From an uncultured delta proteobacterium (GTDB lineage: Bacteria > Desulfobacterota > Syntrophorhabdia > Syntrophorhabdales > WCHB1-27): a DNA stretch of 64,000 nucleotides. How positions within the stretch are numbered: the first letter of the stretch is position 1; each line of letters opens with the position of its first letter. This document shows, in pieces, positions 10,555-20,389 of this stretch. The DNA lies in contig CAWEPK010000009.1 of NCBI GenBank assembly GCA_963810935.1, positions 256,001 to 320,000 of the forward strand. Reading direction: 5' to 3'. A model generated the notes under the pieces. That model saw nothing but the letters and a program-made list of their open reading frames with translations. It ran no database searches and was not told the origin of the DNA. The translations under genes were made by a program, and so were the position numbers.

Positions 10555-11805
10555 ATGGCATGCAGCGAGGCAAGCGACGAAGGCATGCTCTATGACCTCG
10601 CCCACATGGACGACCGTTCCGTCTCGAACCTGGTCAATGAGTGCCAGCAGGGCGCCAACGGGCTGCAGGAGAAGGCCCGCAGCAATGCAAGGAAGCGCCT
10701 CGAAGAGAGCCGCGACGCAATGCAGTCGAAGAAGGGGGAGCTCCGCGACCTCAAGGAAGGGTTTTCATACAAGCTCCTCGAACAACTGGCCGGCGGCGCA
10801 GACGTGGACGAGCTTCTCGCGCAGTACCTCAATGACGAATACCGGAAGCGCCTGGAAGAAGAGGTTGCGATGCTCGACCGCACGGAAGAGGCCATACAGC
10901 CGGAAGACGTCGAAAACAGCCTAAAGGAATACGTCGAAAAAGATCTGGTCGAGATAGGTGAGGACGGCGTAAAGATAACACCCAGGGGCTCCAACAAGCT
11001 CGCCCGGTACGTCCTGCGCCGCATCTGGGAAAACCTGGCCGCAGCCCACCCCGGCTCAAACGCCACTAAAGAAGAAGGCTTCGGAATGAGCGACGGCTTC
11101 CGTATCAGGAAGTACGAGTTCGGCGACGAGTTTTTCAAGATCGACATGGAGACTACTCTTTTGTCCGCCCTGGAGTCAGGAAAAAAACGGGATGGGCGCA
11201 TCGAGTTCGACCAGGACGACCTTTCCGTCAGGGAGACGATCGTCGATACGAAGCTGTGCGTAGGTTTGATTATCGACGAGAGCGGCAGCATGAGCGGCGA
11301 CAAGATGCACGCTGCGATGGACATATCCTTGGCCCTCTCCGAGCTTATGCGGAGGAATTCGAGAGACAAGATAAGGCTTTTCCTTTTTTCCAACCAGGTG
11401 CGGGAGCTGGCGTACTGGGACATGCTCAACGTAACGTTCGCCGGTGGCACAACGGACATCAGGCGGGCGATGCGCAGGTTCAGGACGGCCACTGCGGGGG
11501 AGACCGGTGAAAAGCAGGTCTATCTCATAACCGACAGCGAGCCGAACTGCGAGGACGGGAAGTATATAGGCTTCGAGAAGGCAACGCTCGGCGTCCTCCA
11601 GGAAGCGATCATTTACCAGAAAGAGGGCATCACCCTCAACATAATAATGCTCGACAATACCCCCCACCTGCGGGAGTTTGCCTCGGTCCTTGCCAGGCGC
11701 AATCTCGGAAGGGTCTTCTTCGCAGAGCCCAAGGAGCTCGGCAAGGTTGTCATGGAGGATTACCTTCGGACCAGAAAGAGGCAGCGCTTAAGGAAGGCGG
11801 TATAA
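10555..11805 (+). CDS. vWA domain protein, partner of the ChlI-like ATPase (start uncertain: 10525, 10531 or 10555)
   Basis: IIDESGSMSG MIDAS, GGTTDI, YLITDSEPN, RKYEFGD..IDMETTL. Confidence 0.85.
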   Translation: MACSEASDEGMLYDLAHMDDRSVSNLVNECQQGANGLQEKARSNARKRLEESRDAMQSKKGELRDLKEGFSYKLLEQLAGGADVDELLAQYLNDEYRKRLEEEVAMLDRTEEAIQPEDVENSLKEYVEKDLVEIGEDGVKITPRGSNKLARYVLRRIWENLAAAHPGSNATKEEGFGMSDGFRIRKYEFGDEFFKIDMETTLLSALESGKKRDGRIEFDQDDLSVRETIVDTKLCVGLIIDESGSMSGDKMHAAMDISLALSELMRRNSRDKIRLFLFSNQVRELAYWDMLNVTFAGGTTDIRRAMRRFRTATAGETGEKQVYLITDSEPNCEDGKYIGFEKATLGVLQEAIIYQKEGITLNIIMLDNTPHLREFASVLARRNLGRVFFAEPKELGKVVMEDYLRTRKRQRLRKAV

Positions 11806-11819
11806 CTTCCGGCGTTGAC

Positions 11820-12413
11820 TCACCTTCCCCTATGCAGCACCCTGTTTTCTTTCCCTGCCAGAAGCCGCCTGATATTCTCCCTGTGCTTCACGGTTATCAT
11901 CACTGCCATCACAGCGCATACCGAGATATAGCTTACAGGCGCGCCCAGCGCCGCCAGCACGAACGGCATAAGCACCGCACCGCAAATGGAGCCTAGGGAG
12001 ACATAGCCGCCCACGAGGAAGATGACGAGGAAGACGACGAACACTATAAGCACTGCAAGAGGTCCGAGTGCGAGGAAGACGCCCAGCGCAGTCGCAACGC
12101 CCTTGCCGCCTTTGAACTTGAGGTACAGCGGGAACAGGTGGCCCGCGAAAGCCGCAAGCCCCGCTGCCGCAACCGCCACTTCCGGCTGCCCCGATTTTAT
12201 CGCAAGCCATACGGGAATAAACCCTTTAAGCACATCGCACAGGAGGGTGACTATGCCTGTCGTCCTGCCTGCGGCGCGCATGACGTTCGTCGCCCCTATG
12301 TTGCCGCTGCCGACCTTCCTGGGGTCTGCGCCCTTTCCCTTTGCGAGGAGCAGGCCCACTGGCACCGAGCCGAGCAGGTACGAGCCTATCACCCATAGAA
12401 CCGACAGCGCCAT
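11820..12413 (-). CDS. plsY: Glycerol-3-phosphate acyltransferase PlsY
   Basis: GSGNIGATN, DVLKG, GHLFP..FKGGKGVAT, HRENI. Confidence 0.97.
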   Translation of the reverse strand: MALSVLWVIGSYLLGSVPVGLLLAKGKGADPRKVGSGNIGATNVMRAAGRTTGIVTLLCDVLKGFIPVWLAIKSGQPEVAVAAAGLAAFAGHLFPLYLKFKGGKGVATALGVFLALGPLAVLIVFVVFLVIFLVGGYVSLGSICGAVLMPFVLAALGAPVSYISVCAVMAVMITVKHRENIRRLLAGKENRVLHRGR

Positions 12414-12425
12414 CTGACTCTCCCT

Positions 12426-12659
12426 CTACGACCGCCTGTATAGCTCGTTCAACAGCCTTTTGAAGCGCGGCGCGTAGACTATGTCGAAAGTCTCCTCTTT
12501 TTCGGGAAAGAGGCCTAAGGCAAAGCGCTTCACGCTTTCCACGACCAGCATCGCCTCGTCATGCGAAAGCTGCTGGGTCCTGATGTACTCCAGGCTGAAA
12601 TCGACCATGAAGCGCAGCCGCCTTACCTTTTTATTCTCCTCGCGCAGGTCGTCGTCCAT
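12426..12659 (-). CDS. Small hypothetical protein
   Basis: 77 aa ORF tightly packed between lspA and plsY in the same orientation. Confidence 0.75.
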   Translation of the reverse strand: MDDDLREENKKVRRLRFMVDFSLEYIRTQQLSHDEAMLVVESVKRFALGLFPEKEETFDIVYAPRFKRLLNELYRRS

Positions 12660-12662
12660 GTC

Positions 12663-13157
12663 TTATCGCCCCTGCTTATGCTGCCTGTCCTTGCGCAGGC
12701 CCTCACCCGTAAAAAGCTGCGCAAATATCCATAACCCGATGCCGAAAGTAATCGACATGTCGGCCACGTTGAAGGCAGGCCAGTAATAAGTCTTGTAAGA
12801 CACGAGTATGAAATCGACCACGGAGCCGTAAGCAAACCGGTCGTACATGTTGCCGGTGGCCCCGGAGAGCACGAAGGTAAGGGACAGCCTCGTCCAGATG
12901 GGGAGCCTGCGCATAACGAGATAATATGCCAGTCCCGCGATGATCGCCAGGGGGATCAGGAGGAATATATAACGGCCCGCATCGCTTTGCGACAGCATCC
13001 CGAAGAGGCCGCCCTTGTTATGCCAGTGGACTATCGACAGCCAGGAGGTAACGTGCAGGCTGTCCCCCATGGGAAGCCCGTCCTGCACCAGAAACTTGGT
13101 CCACCTGTCCAGAACGAAGACGGGCGGGATTATGAAGAGGTGAGCGTATCTCTGCAT
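12663..13157 (-). CDS. lspA: Lipoprotein signal peptidase II
   Basis: GATGNMYDR..GSVVDFI..WPAFNVAD; follows ileS. Confidence 0.96.
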   Translation of the reverse strand: MQRYAHLFIIPPVFVLDRWTKFLVQDGLPMGDSLHVTSWLSIVHWHNKGGLFGMLSQSDAGRYIFLLIPLAIIAGLAYYLVMRRLPIWTRLSLTFVLSGATGNMYDRFAYGSVVDFILVSYKTYYWPAFNVADMSITFGIGLWIFAQLFTGEGLRKDRQHKQGR

Positions 13158-15880
13158 CGGCCGCAGATATTCGGATGAGCCCCGGTTGTCTCAACGTCGG
13201 TCGCGTACTGCCAGCACCGCTCGCACTTCAGGCCGTCAGCCCTCAACACCTCGACTGACAGCTCTTCAGCCCTGGTAAGCTCAACCTGTGAGACGATGAG
13301 CACCTCTTTCATCTCATCTCCCAGTTTTGTAAGTATCCCGTACTCGCGCTCGGGTGCGGCCAGCAGCACCTTCGCGTCGAGGGGGTGGCCTATGACCTTC
13401 TGGGTGCGCTTCTCCTCGATCTTCTTGTTGACCGCCTCCCTTATGCCCCAGACCGCATCCCATTCCGCCTCCAGGTCCGCATCGACGAGGCCGGCGTCCG
13501 CCACGGGCATGGACGCCATATGGACCGATTCCTCTGCGACAAGGGGCCGCATGTACGACCACATCTCTTCCGTCGTGAAAGAAAGGATAGGGGCGGCAAG
13601 CCGGAGGAGGGAAACGAGGCTCTCGAACACGACCGTCTGCGACGCCCGGCGCTTCACGGAATCCTTTCCCCCGACGTACAGCCTGTCCTTGATGATGTCG
13701 AGGTAGAGGGCGGAGAGATCGACCGTGCAGAAATTCTGGATGCTGTGGTAGATCGAATGAAAAGCATACGTCTCGTAGGCGCTGCGCACCCTCTCGATCA
13801 GCCCCTGGAGCCTTGAAAGCAGCCACTTGTCGATCGAAGAGAGCTGCCCGTAGGGCACCGTATTTTTCGCGGGGTCGAAATCCTCCGCGATGTTCGCGTG
13901 GAGGTACCTGAAGGTGTTCCTTATCCGCCTGTACGTCTCTATGATACGGTCGACGATCTCCTTCGAGATCCTGATGTCGTCCCTGTAATCCTCGTAGGTC
14001 ACCCAGAGGCGCAGTATCTCCGCGCCGTACTTGTCGATAATCTCCGAAGGCGCAATCACGTTGCCATCGGTCTTCGACATCTTCCTGCCCTTGCCGTCGA
14101 CTACGAAGCCGTGCGTGAGCACCGAGCGGTACGGGGCGGTCCCGTCGTTGCCGACCGATACCAGAAGCGAGCTGTGGAACCAGCCGCGGTGCTGGTCGCT
14201 CCCTTCCAGGTACATATCGGAGGGGAACTTCAGCTCCGGCCGCTTCTTGAGGACTGCCGCGAAGCTGGAGCCGGAGTCGAACCAGACGTCGAGGATATCC
14301 TCTTCTTTGACAAAGGTGCGGTTCCCGCAGGCGCAGGCAGCGTCTTCCGGCAGGAAATAGGCCGCGTCTTTCGCAAACCATATGTCGGCCCCGTGTATAG
14401 CCGTCTCCGCGATGACCTTGTCGAAGGTCTCCCTGCTCCAGTAAGGCTCCCTGCACGCCTCGCAGTAGAAGATGGTGATAGGCACGCCCCACGTCCTCTG
14501 GCGCGAGATGCACCAGTCGGGCCGGACGCTCAGCATATTATAGATGCGCTCCTTGCCCCACGCGGGGATCCATTCGACGGTATCTATCGCTGCAAGGGCG
14601 TTCTTACGGAGGTCGTTCGCCTCCATCGAGACGAACCACTGCTCGGTCGCCCTGAATATGACCGGCCGCTTGCACCTCCAGCAGTGCGGGTAGGAGTGCT
14701 CTATCGGCTCCGAGAAGAGAAGTACCCCCATCTCCTTCAGCTTTTCGATAATGATGGCGTTCGCGTCGAAGACGTTCAGCCCGCCGAAGTACGGGATGTC
14801 CTTGCTGAGCATCCCTTTTTCGTCAACGGGTGAATAAACGTCCAGCCCGTATTGGAGGCCCGTCACGTAGTCCTCTTCGCCGTGGCCGGGGGCCGTATGC
14901 ACCGCTCCCGTGCCTACGTCTTTCGTCACATAGTCGGCGAAAACGACGACCGACCTCCTGTCGATGAACGGGTGCCTGAAATTCAGGTCCTTGAGCGTCT
15001 CCGGCGACAGCTTGCCGATGATGCGCCACCCCGTTATCCCCGCCTTGCCCATGATCTCTTCGACAAGCTCACGGACTGCGATATAGATATCGCCTGAAGT
15101 CTCGACCGCAACGTAGGTAAAATCGGGGTTTATGGCAATGGCCAGGTTCGCGGGCAAAGTCCAGGGGGTCGTAGTCCATATGAGCATCGATATCGGCTTG
15201 TCCGGGTACCCGCTGAAAACATCCGTCCGGGAGGCGAGGGGGAACTTGACGCAGATGGAGGGCGACGTCTCCATGTCGTACTCGATTTCCGCCTCGGCGA
15301 GCGCGGTCCGGCAGTTGATGCACCAGTAGACGGGCTTCTTCTTACGATAGGCGTCGCCCCGTTCAAAGAACTTCGCCACCTCTCCAATGATCGTCGACTG
15401 GTAGCCGTAATCCATCGTGATATACGGATGGTCCCAGTCGCCTATGCCGCCCAGCCGCTTGAACTCCTCCCGCTGAATGTCGAGGAAGCGCGCCGCGTAT
15501 TCCCGGCAGTACGCCCTGATTTCCATTTTTGTCATGGCCGTCTGCCTGGCCTTCATCTCTTTCTCCGCCTGATGCTCTATGGGCAGGCCGTGGCAGTCCC
15601 AGCCGGGCACGTAATCGGAACGCATACCGCTCATGAATTTGGACTTTATGATAATGTCCTTCAGGATTTTGTTGAGCGCGGTCCCCAGGTGGATGTTGCC
15701 GTTCGCGTAAGGAGGGCCGTCGTGCAGGATGAACTTGGGCGCATCGATGCGCTGCTTTATCAGCTTCCCGTAAAGGTCGATCTGTTTCCAGAACTCGAGT
15801 ATCTGCTGCTCCTTTACAGGCAGGTTGCCCCTCATGGGAAAAGACGTCTTCGGGAGATTTAGGGTTGATTTATAGTCCAT
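13130..15880 (-). CDS. ileS: Isoleucyl-tRNA synthetase (type 1)
   Basis: HDGPPYANGNIHLGT, GWDCHGLP, WTTTPWT, DWCISRQR, KMSKT, C-terminal CERCW..CGRC. Confidence 0.99.
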   Translation of the reverse strand: MDYKSTLNLPKTSFPMRGNLPVKEQQILEFWKQIDLYGKLIKQRIDAPKFILHDGPPYANGNIHLGTALNKILKDIIIKSKFMSGMRSDYVPGWDCHGLPIEHQAEKEMKARQTAMTKMEIRAYCREYAARFLDIQREEFKRLGGIGDWDHPYITMDYGYQSTIIGEVAKFFERGDAYRKKKPVYWCINCRTALAEAEIEYDMETSPSICVKFPLASRTDVFSGYPDKPISMLIWTTTPWTLPANLAIAINPDFTYVAVETSGDIYIAVRELVEEIMGKAGITGWRIIGKLSPETLKDLNFRHPFIDRRSVVVFADYVTKDVGTGAVHTAPGHGEEDYVTGLQYGLDVYSPVDEKGMLSKDIPYFGGLNVFDANAIIIEKLKEMGVLLFSEPIEHSYPHCWRCKRPVIFRATEQWFVSMEANDLRKNALAAIDTVEWIPAWGKERIYNMLSVRPDWCISRQRTWGVPITIFYCEACREPYWSRETFDKVIAETAIHGADIWFAKDAAYFLPEDAACACGNRTFVKEEDILDVWFDSGSSFAAVLKKRPELKFPSDMYLEGSDQHRGWFHSSLLVSVGNDGTAPYRSVLTHGFVVDGKGRKMSKTDGNVIAPSEIIDKYGAEILRLWVTYEDYRDDIRISKEIVDRIIETYRRIRNTFRYLHANIAEDFDPAKNTVPYGQLSSIDKWLLSRLQGLIERVRSAYETYAFHSIYHSIQNFCTVDLSALYLDIIKDRLYVGGKDSVKRRASQTVVFESLVSLLRLAAPILSFTTEEMWSYMRPLVAEESVHMASMPVADAGLVDADLEAEWDAVWGIREAVNKKIEEKRTQKVIGHPLDAKVLLAAPEREYGILTKLGDEMKEVLIVSQVELTRAEELSVEVLRADGLKCERCWQYATDVETTGAHPNICGRCRDTLTSS

Positions 15881-17603
15881 CCTCTGTCCTTTCGTTGAAC
15901 CAGTCCGGGTTCACATCGTCGAAAAGGTCGTCCTCCTTCTCGATCGCTGCAAGCGCCTCTTTATCCGCGTTTGCCGCAACACCCGACTTTTGTATGCGGC
16001 CGAGCATGTCGTAAAGCGCCTTCCAGGCATCGCAATGGCCGAGGAACCTCGATTCCCCGTAGTCGCCCGCCGTATGTGTGGAGACGAGGAACGGCCAGTC
16101 GGACGACTCGGCGAGGAAAAGCTCCCTGGCCATCTGCCTGAGCAGCCGCCCCGTGATGCCGTTGCTGCCGGCCGTTTCCACCGCGCGCGCCATGCCCCGC
16201 TCGGCCTCGTAAAGACGCTGCCACATCCAGGCTGTCTCCTTGTTATACCAGAGAAGGTGGCGGCCGCCTTCACCCCAGGACCCTTCAGGAAGACTGACGG
16301 CGCCTCGAGGATCGACGCTTTTCAGGGCCGTCGAGGCCCTTTCTATTGTAACATAATTCGGGTCCAAAGCAGAAACGAGTGCGCCGAGCCAGCTTACACC
16401 CTCGAACCACCAATGACCGAACAGTTCTGCATCGAACAGCAGCGTGAGCACCCCGGTCCTGCCCGTTTCCTTCCGGTAGTCCGAGAGCCTCTCTTCGATA
16501 AGCCGGGCAAAGTGGTGCGCATGCTCCTCGACCCTCGCCGCCGCCTGCTCCGGCTCGTAGACCATTTTATCGCCGAGCCCGGTTTGCCTGTCCGTGACGC
16601 GCCAGTAGCGCAGGCCGCCGGGGTCCCGCTTCTTGTGGAACTCAAGGTACCAGGGGTCGCCCGGGTAGCCGTCGCTGCCCCATACCTGTCTGCTCGTATC
16701 GGTATCGCGCGATAAGAAGGCAACTTGAGCACCGGGACCCGCAGTCTTGTATATGCCGTAAATGTCGAAGTCTTTATCGCCCCGGCTCCCCGCTGTCCGG
16801 CCGGCGCGAAGAGGGGCCGCATTGTAGTACCCGCCCCGGTACGCGCCTTCGACGGGCGGAGGCATAAGATCGGCAGCGAAGGAACTTGCCGCAGGACCGG
16901 CCTGCCCTGCGGCCTGCCGGCCGTCCACGAAAAAATACCTGATGCCGTGGGCGGCCAGGAAATCCTCTATGCCGCGCCTCGCGGGCGCGCAGGACCGGCC
17001 AAAGGATGCGGGTCCGGCCGGGCGGTAGGCGCACTCGGGAAGCCACATCCCCGCCGGCTCCCTGCCGAAATACCGTCGGTACGCCGCCACCCCCTGGTTG
17101 ACCTGGGCGTCAATCGACGAGTCGAGAGACAGGAGCGGCAGGTAGGCGTGCGTCGCCGGGGAGGCGACGATCTCCACCTGCCCTTCTTCCTGCAAACGCC
17201 GATACGCGCCGGGCAGGTCGGATCCGTAGCGATTTCTGAAGTCGGCCAGGCACAATGCATAGAAGCGCTCCCAGCCCTCCGCAAGGGCTGCGAGCGCAGT
17301 TTCTCCCTTGGCCTCGAACGTCCGGCGGTCGATGTATGCGGCTTCCGCCTTCTCCTGCGCGTACTCCCCGAAGGCCGACCGGAACGACGGGGAAGCCAGC
17401 ATCTCGCAGAGCACCGGGGTCATATTAATGGTGAAACGGGCCGCCTTTCCTCGCATCGACAGCCGGTCGAGCAGGTTGGCCAGCGGTATGTAGCACTCGC
17501 ACGCCGCCTCACAGAGCCAGTCCGTGCCGTACGGCCACTTGCCGTGGGAGAGCACGTACGGCAGGTGCGCGTGGAGCACCAAGACAACGTATCCTTCCGG
17601 CAT
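15870..17603 (-). CDS. GH57 1,4-alpha-glucan branching enzyme (DUF1957)
   Basis: HAHLPYV, HAYLP, WLPECAY, YLEFHK, DAELFGHWWFEG, AESSDWPF. Confidence 0.9.
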   Translation of the reverse strand: MPEGYVVLVLHAHLPYVLSHGKWPYGTDWLCEAACECYIPLANLLDRLSMRGKAARFTINMTPVLCEMLASPSFRSAFGEYAQEKAEAAYIDRRTFEAKGETALAALAEGWERFYALCLADFRNRYGSDLPGAYRRLQEEGQVEIVASPATHAYLPLLSLDSSIDAQVNQGVAAYRRYFGREPAGMWLPECAYRPAGPASFGRSCAPARRGIEDFLAAHGIRYFFVDGRQAAGQAGPAASSFAADLMPPPVEGAYRGGYYNAAPLRAGRTAGSRGDKDFDIYGIYKTAGPGAQVAFLSRDTDTSRQVWGSDGYPGDPWYLEFHKKRDPGGLRYWRVTDRQTGLGDKMVYEPEQAAARVEEHAHHFARLIEERLSDYRKETGRTGVLTLLFDAELFGHWWFEGVSWLGALVSALDPNYVTIERASTALKSVDPRGAVSLPEGSWGEGGRHLLWYNKETAWMWQRLYEAERGMARAVETAGSNGITGRLLRQMARELFLAESSDWPFLVSTHTAGDYGESRFLGHCDAWKALYDMLGRIQKSGVAANADKEALAAIEKEDDLFDDVNPDWFNERTEDGL

Positions 17604-17889
17604 AATTGTCCCTATCCTTGCGAGATTTCAGTAACAGTAGCACAAAGCGGCGGAACCGCGCAAGGCAAATGGACATGCCCCGCCTCGCTTGCGCCGGGCG
17701 GCTTGAACAGGCATTGCAACGCTTATTCTGAAAATAAACGAACCTGCTTTCTTAGCAGGTAATAAAGCGAGCGTATGCGAAGCGCCGAGCGGGGAAGATA
17801 GTGGCGTCGATTCTCCTCGCAGTCGTAGCCGCCGGCCTTATCGCAGGCATCCTTTAGGGTCTTAGAAGCACCCTTCCGTCCCGGACGCC

Positions 17890-17905
17890 TCGACAAATAT
17901 GTCGA
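17890..17905. promoter_or_regulatory. Putative upstream activator site for the sigma54 enhancer-binding protein
   Basis: Palindrome TCGACA-AATA-TGTCGA about 100 bp upstream of the sigma54 promoter. Confidence 0.55.
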
Positions 17906-18005
17906 AATGTTCTATACTCTCGCTGACTTGTCTACCCGTGCTTGATGACCTGAATCGTTGCGGCAGTAAGATAGAAGGGTAGAAATGAGTCGGGGTGAGG
18001 CTATC

Positions 18006-18021
18006 TGGCACCAGTATTGCT
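18006..18021 (+). promoter_or_regulatory. sigma54 -24/-12 promoter
   Basis: TGGCAC-CAGTA-TTGCT, exact consensus, upstream of an operon encoding a sigma54 activator. Confidence 0.85.
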
Positions 18022-18046
18022 ATCGGAATGTAAGGAGGAGTCTGCC

Positions 18047-18358
18047 ATGAGAAAGATCGGGTTACTCGTGTTCGTAATCCTTCCCCTGGCGGTCTGCCTC
18101 CTTTTGCCGATTGAGTGCGGCGCGCAAGGGGAGGCGCCGGCAGGCCCGGCCGCCGGACAGGCGGCGAACCCGACCTCCCGGAGCGGGGCCGGACAGGTAG
18201 GCGGCGAGACGAACGTGAGTACGCCGCAAGGTCCGGCCACGGCAGAGCGTTATAGACAGCCTGTTCCGAATGCCGTCTCCGGCAGATTTTCCGTTCAGCC
18301 GGGCGGGTGGTTAAAAATCGATGTCTCCGAACAGAACCGGTCGGCGGTGAAGCCGTAG
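18047..18358 (+). CDS. Small exported hypothetical protein
   Basis: AAGGAGG RBS; signal peptide MRKIGLLVFVILPLAVCLL; low-complexity Ala/Gly/Pro region. Confidence 0.7.
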   Translation: MRKIGLLVFVILPLAVCLLLPIECGAQGEAPAGPAAGQAANPTSRSGAGQVGGETNVSTPQGPATAERYRQPVPNAVSGRFSVQPGGWLKIDVSEQNRSAVKP

Positions 18359-18380
18359 GCCGGCCCATAGAGAGAAGAGA

Positions 18381-18845
18381 GTGACCCGCCTTTCGATCAC
18401 GCCCCTCTTATCAGTCCTGTTAATTATTCTCATGGGCGCCCCGTCCCTTCTTGCCCAACAGTCCTATGGCGAGTTCGAGAGGGGCATGAACCTGACGGAC
18501 ACGCAAAGAACCCAGGTCGACGGCATCAAGAGAAAATACATGGATGAATGGAGGTCCCTCAACGACGAATCGGCGCGGAAGCGGCTGGAGCTGCGGGAGA
18601 TGGACCCCAACCGTCCCGACCAGAGGGAGAAGGCAGAAAAGCTCCACAGGGACCTGGATCGGATAGAGACGTCCAGGCAGCGCCTTTTCGGCCGGTACCG
18701 CGGCGAGATGTCCGGGGTGCTGACCAGCGAGCAGAGAGGACGTTTCAACCGGTTCACGGCTCAGGAGAACAGGAAAGCCGTAGGGCCGCCGATCAGGTCC
18801 GCACCTCTGGCACCGGGAGCGAGGTACCGGTCATATGGCAGATAG
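18381..18845 (+). CDS. Spy/CpxP/ZraP-like periplasmic protein
   Basis: Signal peptide; two LTxxQ motifs (LTDTQ, LTSEQ). Confidence 0.8.
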   Translation: MTRLSITPLLSVLLIILMGAPSLLAQQSYGEFERGMNLTDTQRTQVDGIKRKYMDEWRSLNDESARKRLELREMDPNRPDQREKAEKLHRDLDRIETSRQRLFGRYRGEMSGVLTSEQRGRFNRFTAQENRKAVGPPIRSAPLAPGARYRSYGR

Positions 18846-20388
18846 GAAAGTAGTATTCCCACTTCTCCTTTTCGCCATATTCTTCGTGCTGATCGCCATT
18901 ACGGGTTTCTTCCAGATAGCCATCATTAAGAAGAACGTGGAGGGGCTGCTCATAGGCGAGGGCGAGACGCTTTTCCAGAGCATCGCCAGGGAGATCGAGA
19001 TAAATATGGAGTATCTGTTCCTCATCGAGAAATCACCCTCCATAATTACGCCCAATTTCCTGAATGTCATGACGTATGACGAGGCGATCGTGGATGACCT
19101 GTACAGCCAGGTGAGCAAGGCCAAAGGCCCGGACCCCCTGCCCACCCTGAAGAACGTCCTCGTCGCAGACACGAACGGCAAGCAGCTCCTGCGCAAGGGA
19201 GTAATACGGGTAGACGAGCGCGAGCTTAACCTGCTGCGAAAGAAAGACCGGCAGGTCATAGTCAGGATGCCGGGCGATACGCAGCGCACACTGTTCGTCG
19301 GCGTAGAGCTTGCCGACAGGTTCGTATTTTTCGACCTGACCACGAAGGAGCTCGACGAGCTGAGAAAGACTTACATAATGAAGACGATCCTCGAGAACGA
19401 GAAGAAACGGCTGAACATAGCCGAGATCAATGTATATGACGGTGACGGTAAGCTCTACTTCGGCTCGGGCAACAGGCCGAAAAACGTCTTCGCCATCTGC
19501 AAGTCCCTGGATTCGCATTATTTGCACAATTACTCGATGGAAATACTCATCTGGAACAAGCTCGCCGGGGACACAATAAGGAGGACGAGCACCAACTTCG
19601 TCATGCTCCTCTTTTTCCTCATGCTCGGCGGCGCCGGGGGCATCTATTTGATTTTCAGTCTGGAGCGGAAGAACGCGCAAAGGCTGTCCGATCTTGAGAG
19701 GGACATGGCGCGCCAGGACAGGCTGGTCTCGCTCGGCAGGCTCGCCTCCGGCATGGCCCACGAGATAAGGAACCCCCTGAACGCCATAGGCATCTCCATT
19801 CAGCGGCTGAAAAGGGAGTTCGTACCGGAAAACGACAAGAAGGAAGAATACGACTCTTTTTTGAGCATCGTGCGCTCGGAGCTTTTCAGGGTCAACCGGA
19901 TAGTCGAGAATTTCCTCCTTTCCACGAAGGCCGATATGCGGATGGAGCCGCACAGCCTGCGCACCCTCATCGAAGAAGTCCTCACGATCCTGCAGGAGAA
20001 GGCAAAGGGCGCCCGTGTCGATGTATCCAACGAAGTCGATGCCCGCGTCATAATCGATTGCCAGAAGGAGAGGCTGACCCAGGTTTTCTACAACCTCATC
20101 GTCAACGCCATCGAGGCGATGGCCGGTGGTGGCGCAATCTATATCTCCGACTCGTCCGACAACGCGCGCGTCCGCCTTTTCATAAGGGACACGGGGCCGG
20201 GCATCAAGAAAGACGATATATCCAAGATCTTCGAATATTACTACACGACCAAAGACAAGGGGATGGGCCTTGGCCTGCCTCTTTCCTACATGATAGTCAG
20301 GGACCACGGAGGAGACATACAGGTTTTGAGCGAGGAAAGCAGAGGGACGACATTCGTTATCGCCCTTCCGGCGAGAAAGGGGTCTTAA
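18835..20388 (+). CDS. Sensor histidine kinase (ZraS/NtrB-like)
   Basis: Two TMs, AHEIRNPL H-box, QVFYNLIVNA, DTGPGI, GMGLGL. Confidence 0.95.
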   Translation: MADRKVVFPLLLFAIFFVLIAITGFFQIAIIKKNVEGLLIGEGETLFQSIAREIEINMEYLFLIEKSPSIITPNFLNVMTYDEAIVDDLYSQVSKAKGPDPLPTLKNVLVADTNGKQLLRKGVIRVDERELNLLRKKDRQVIVRMPGDTQRTLFVGVELADRFVFFDLTTKELDELRKTYIMKTILENEKKRLNIAEINVYDGDGKLYFGSGNRPKNVFAICKSLDSHYLHNYSMEILIWNKLAGDTIRRTSTNFVMLLFFLMLGGAGGIYLIFSLERKNAQRLSDLERDMARQDRLVSLGRLASGMAHEIRNPLNAIGISIQRLKREFVPENDKKEEYDSFLSIVRSELFRVNRIVENFLLSTKADMRMEPHSLRTLIEEVLTILQEKAKGARVDVSNEVDARVIIDCQKERLTQVFYNLIVNAIEAMAGGGAIYISDSSDNARVRLFIRDTGPGIKKDDISKIFEYYYTTKDKGMGLGLPLSYMIVRDHGGDIQVLSEESRGTTFVIALPARKGS

Positions 20389-20389
20389 A

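Noticed and set aside
13130..15880. IleRS HLGT/KMSKT variants as a mupirocin-resistance signal
   Set aside because: The protein is type 1 IleRS with a C-terminal Zn finger in the usual lspA context; such motif variation alone is not diagnostic
17742..17835. Hairpin ACCTGCT..AGCAGGT and adjacent GC-rich tract as an ncRNA or repeat
   Set aside because: No second copy in the window and no recognisable family; may be a repeat remnant but this is unsupported
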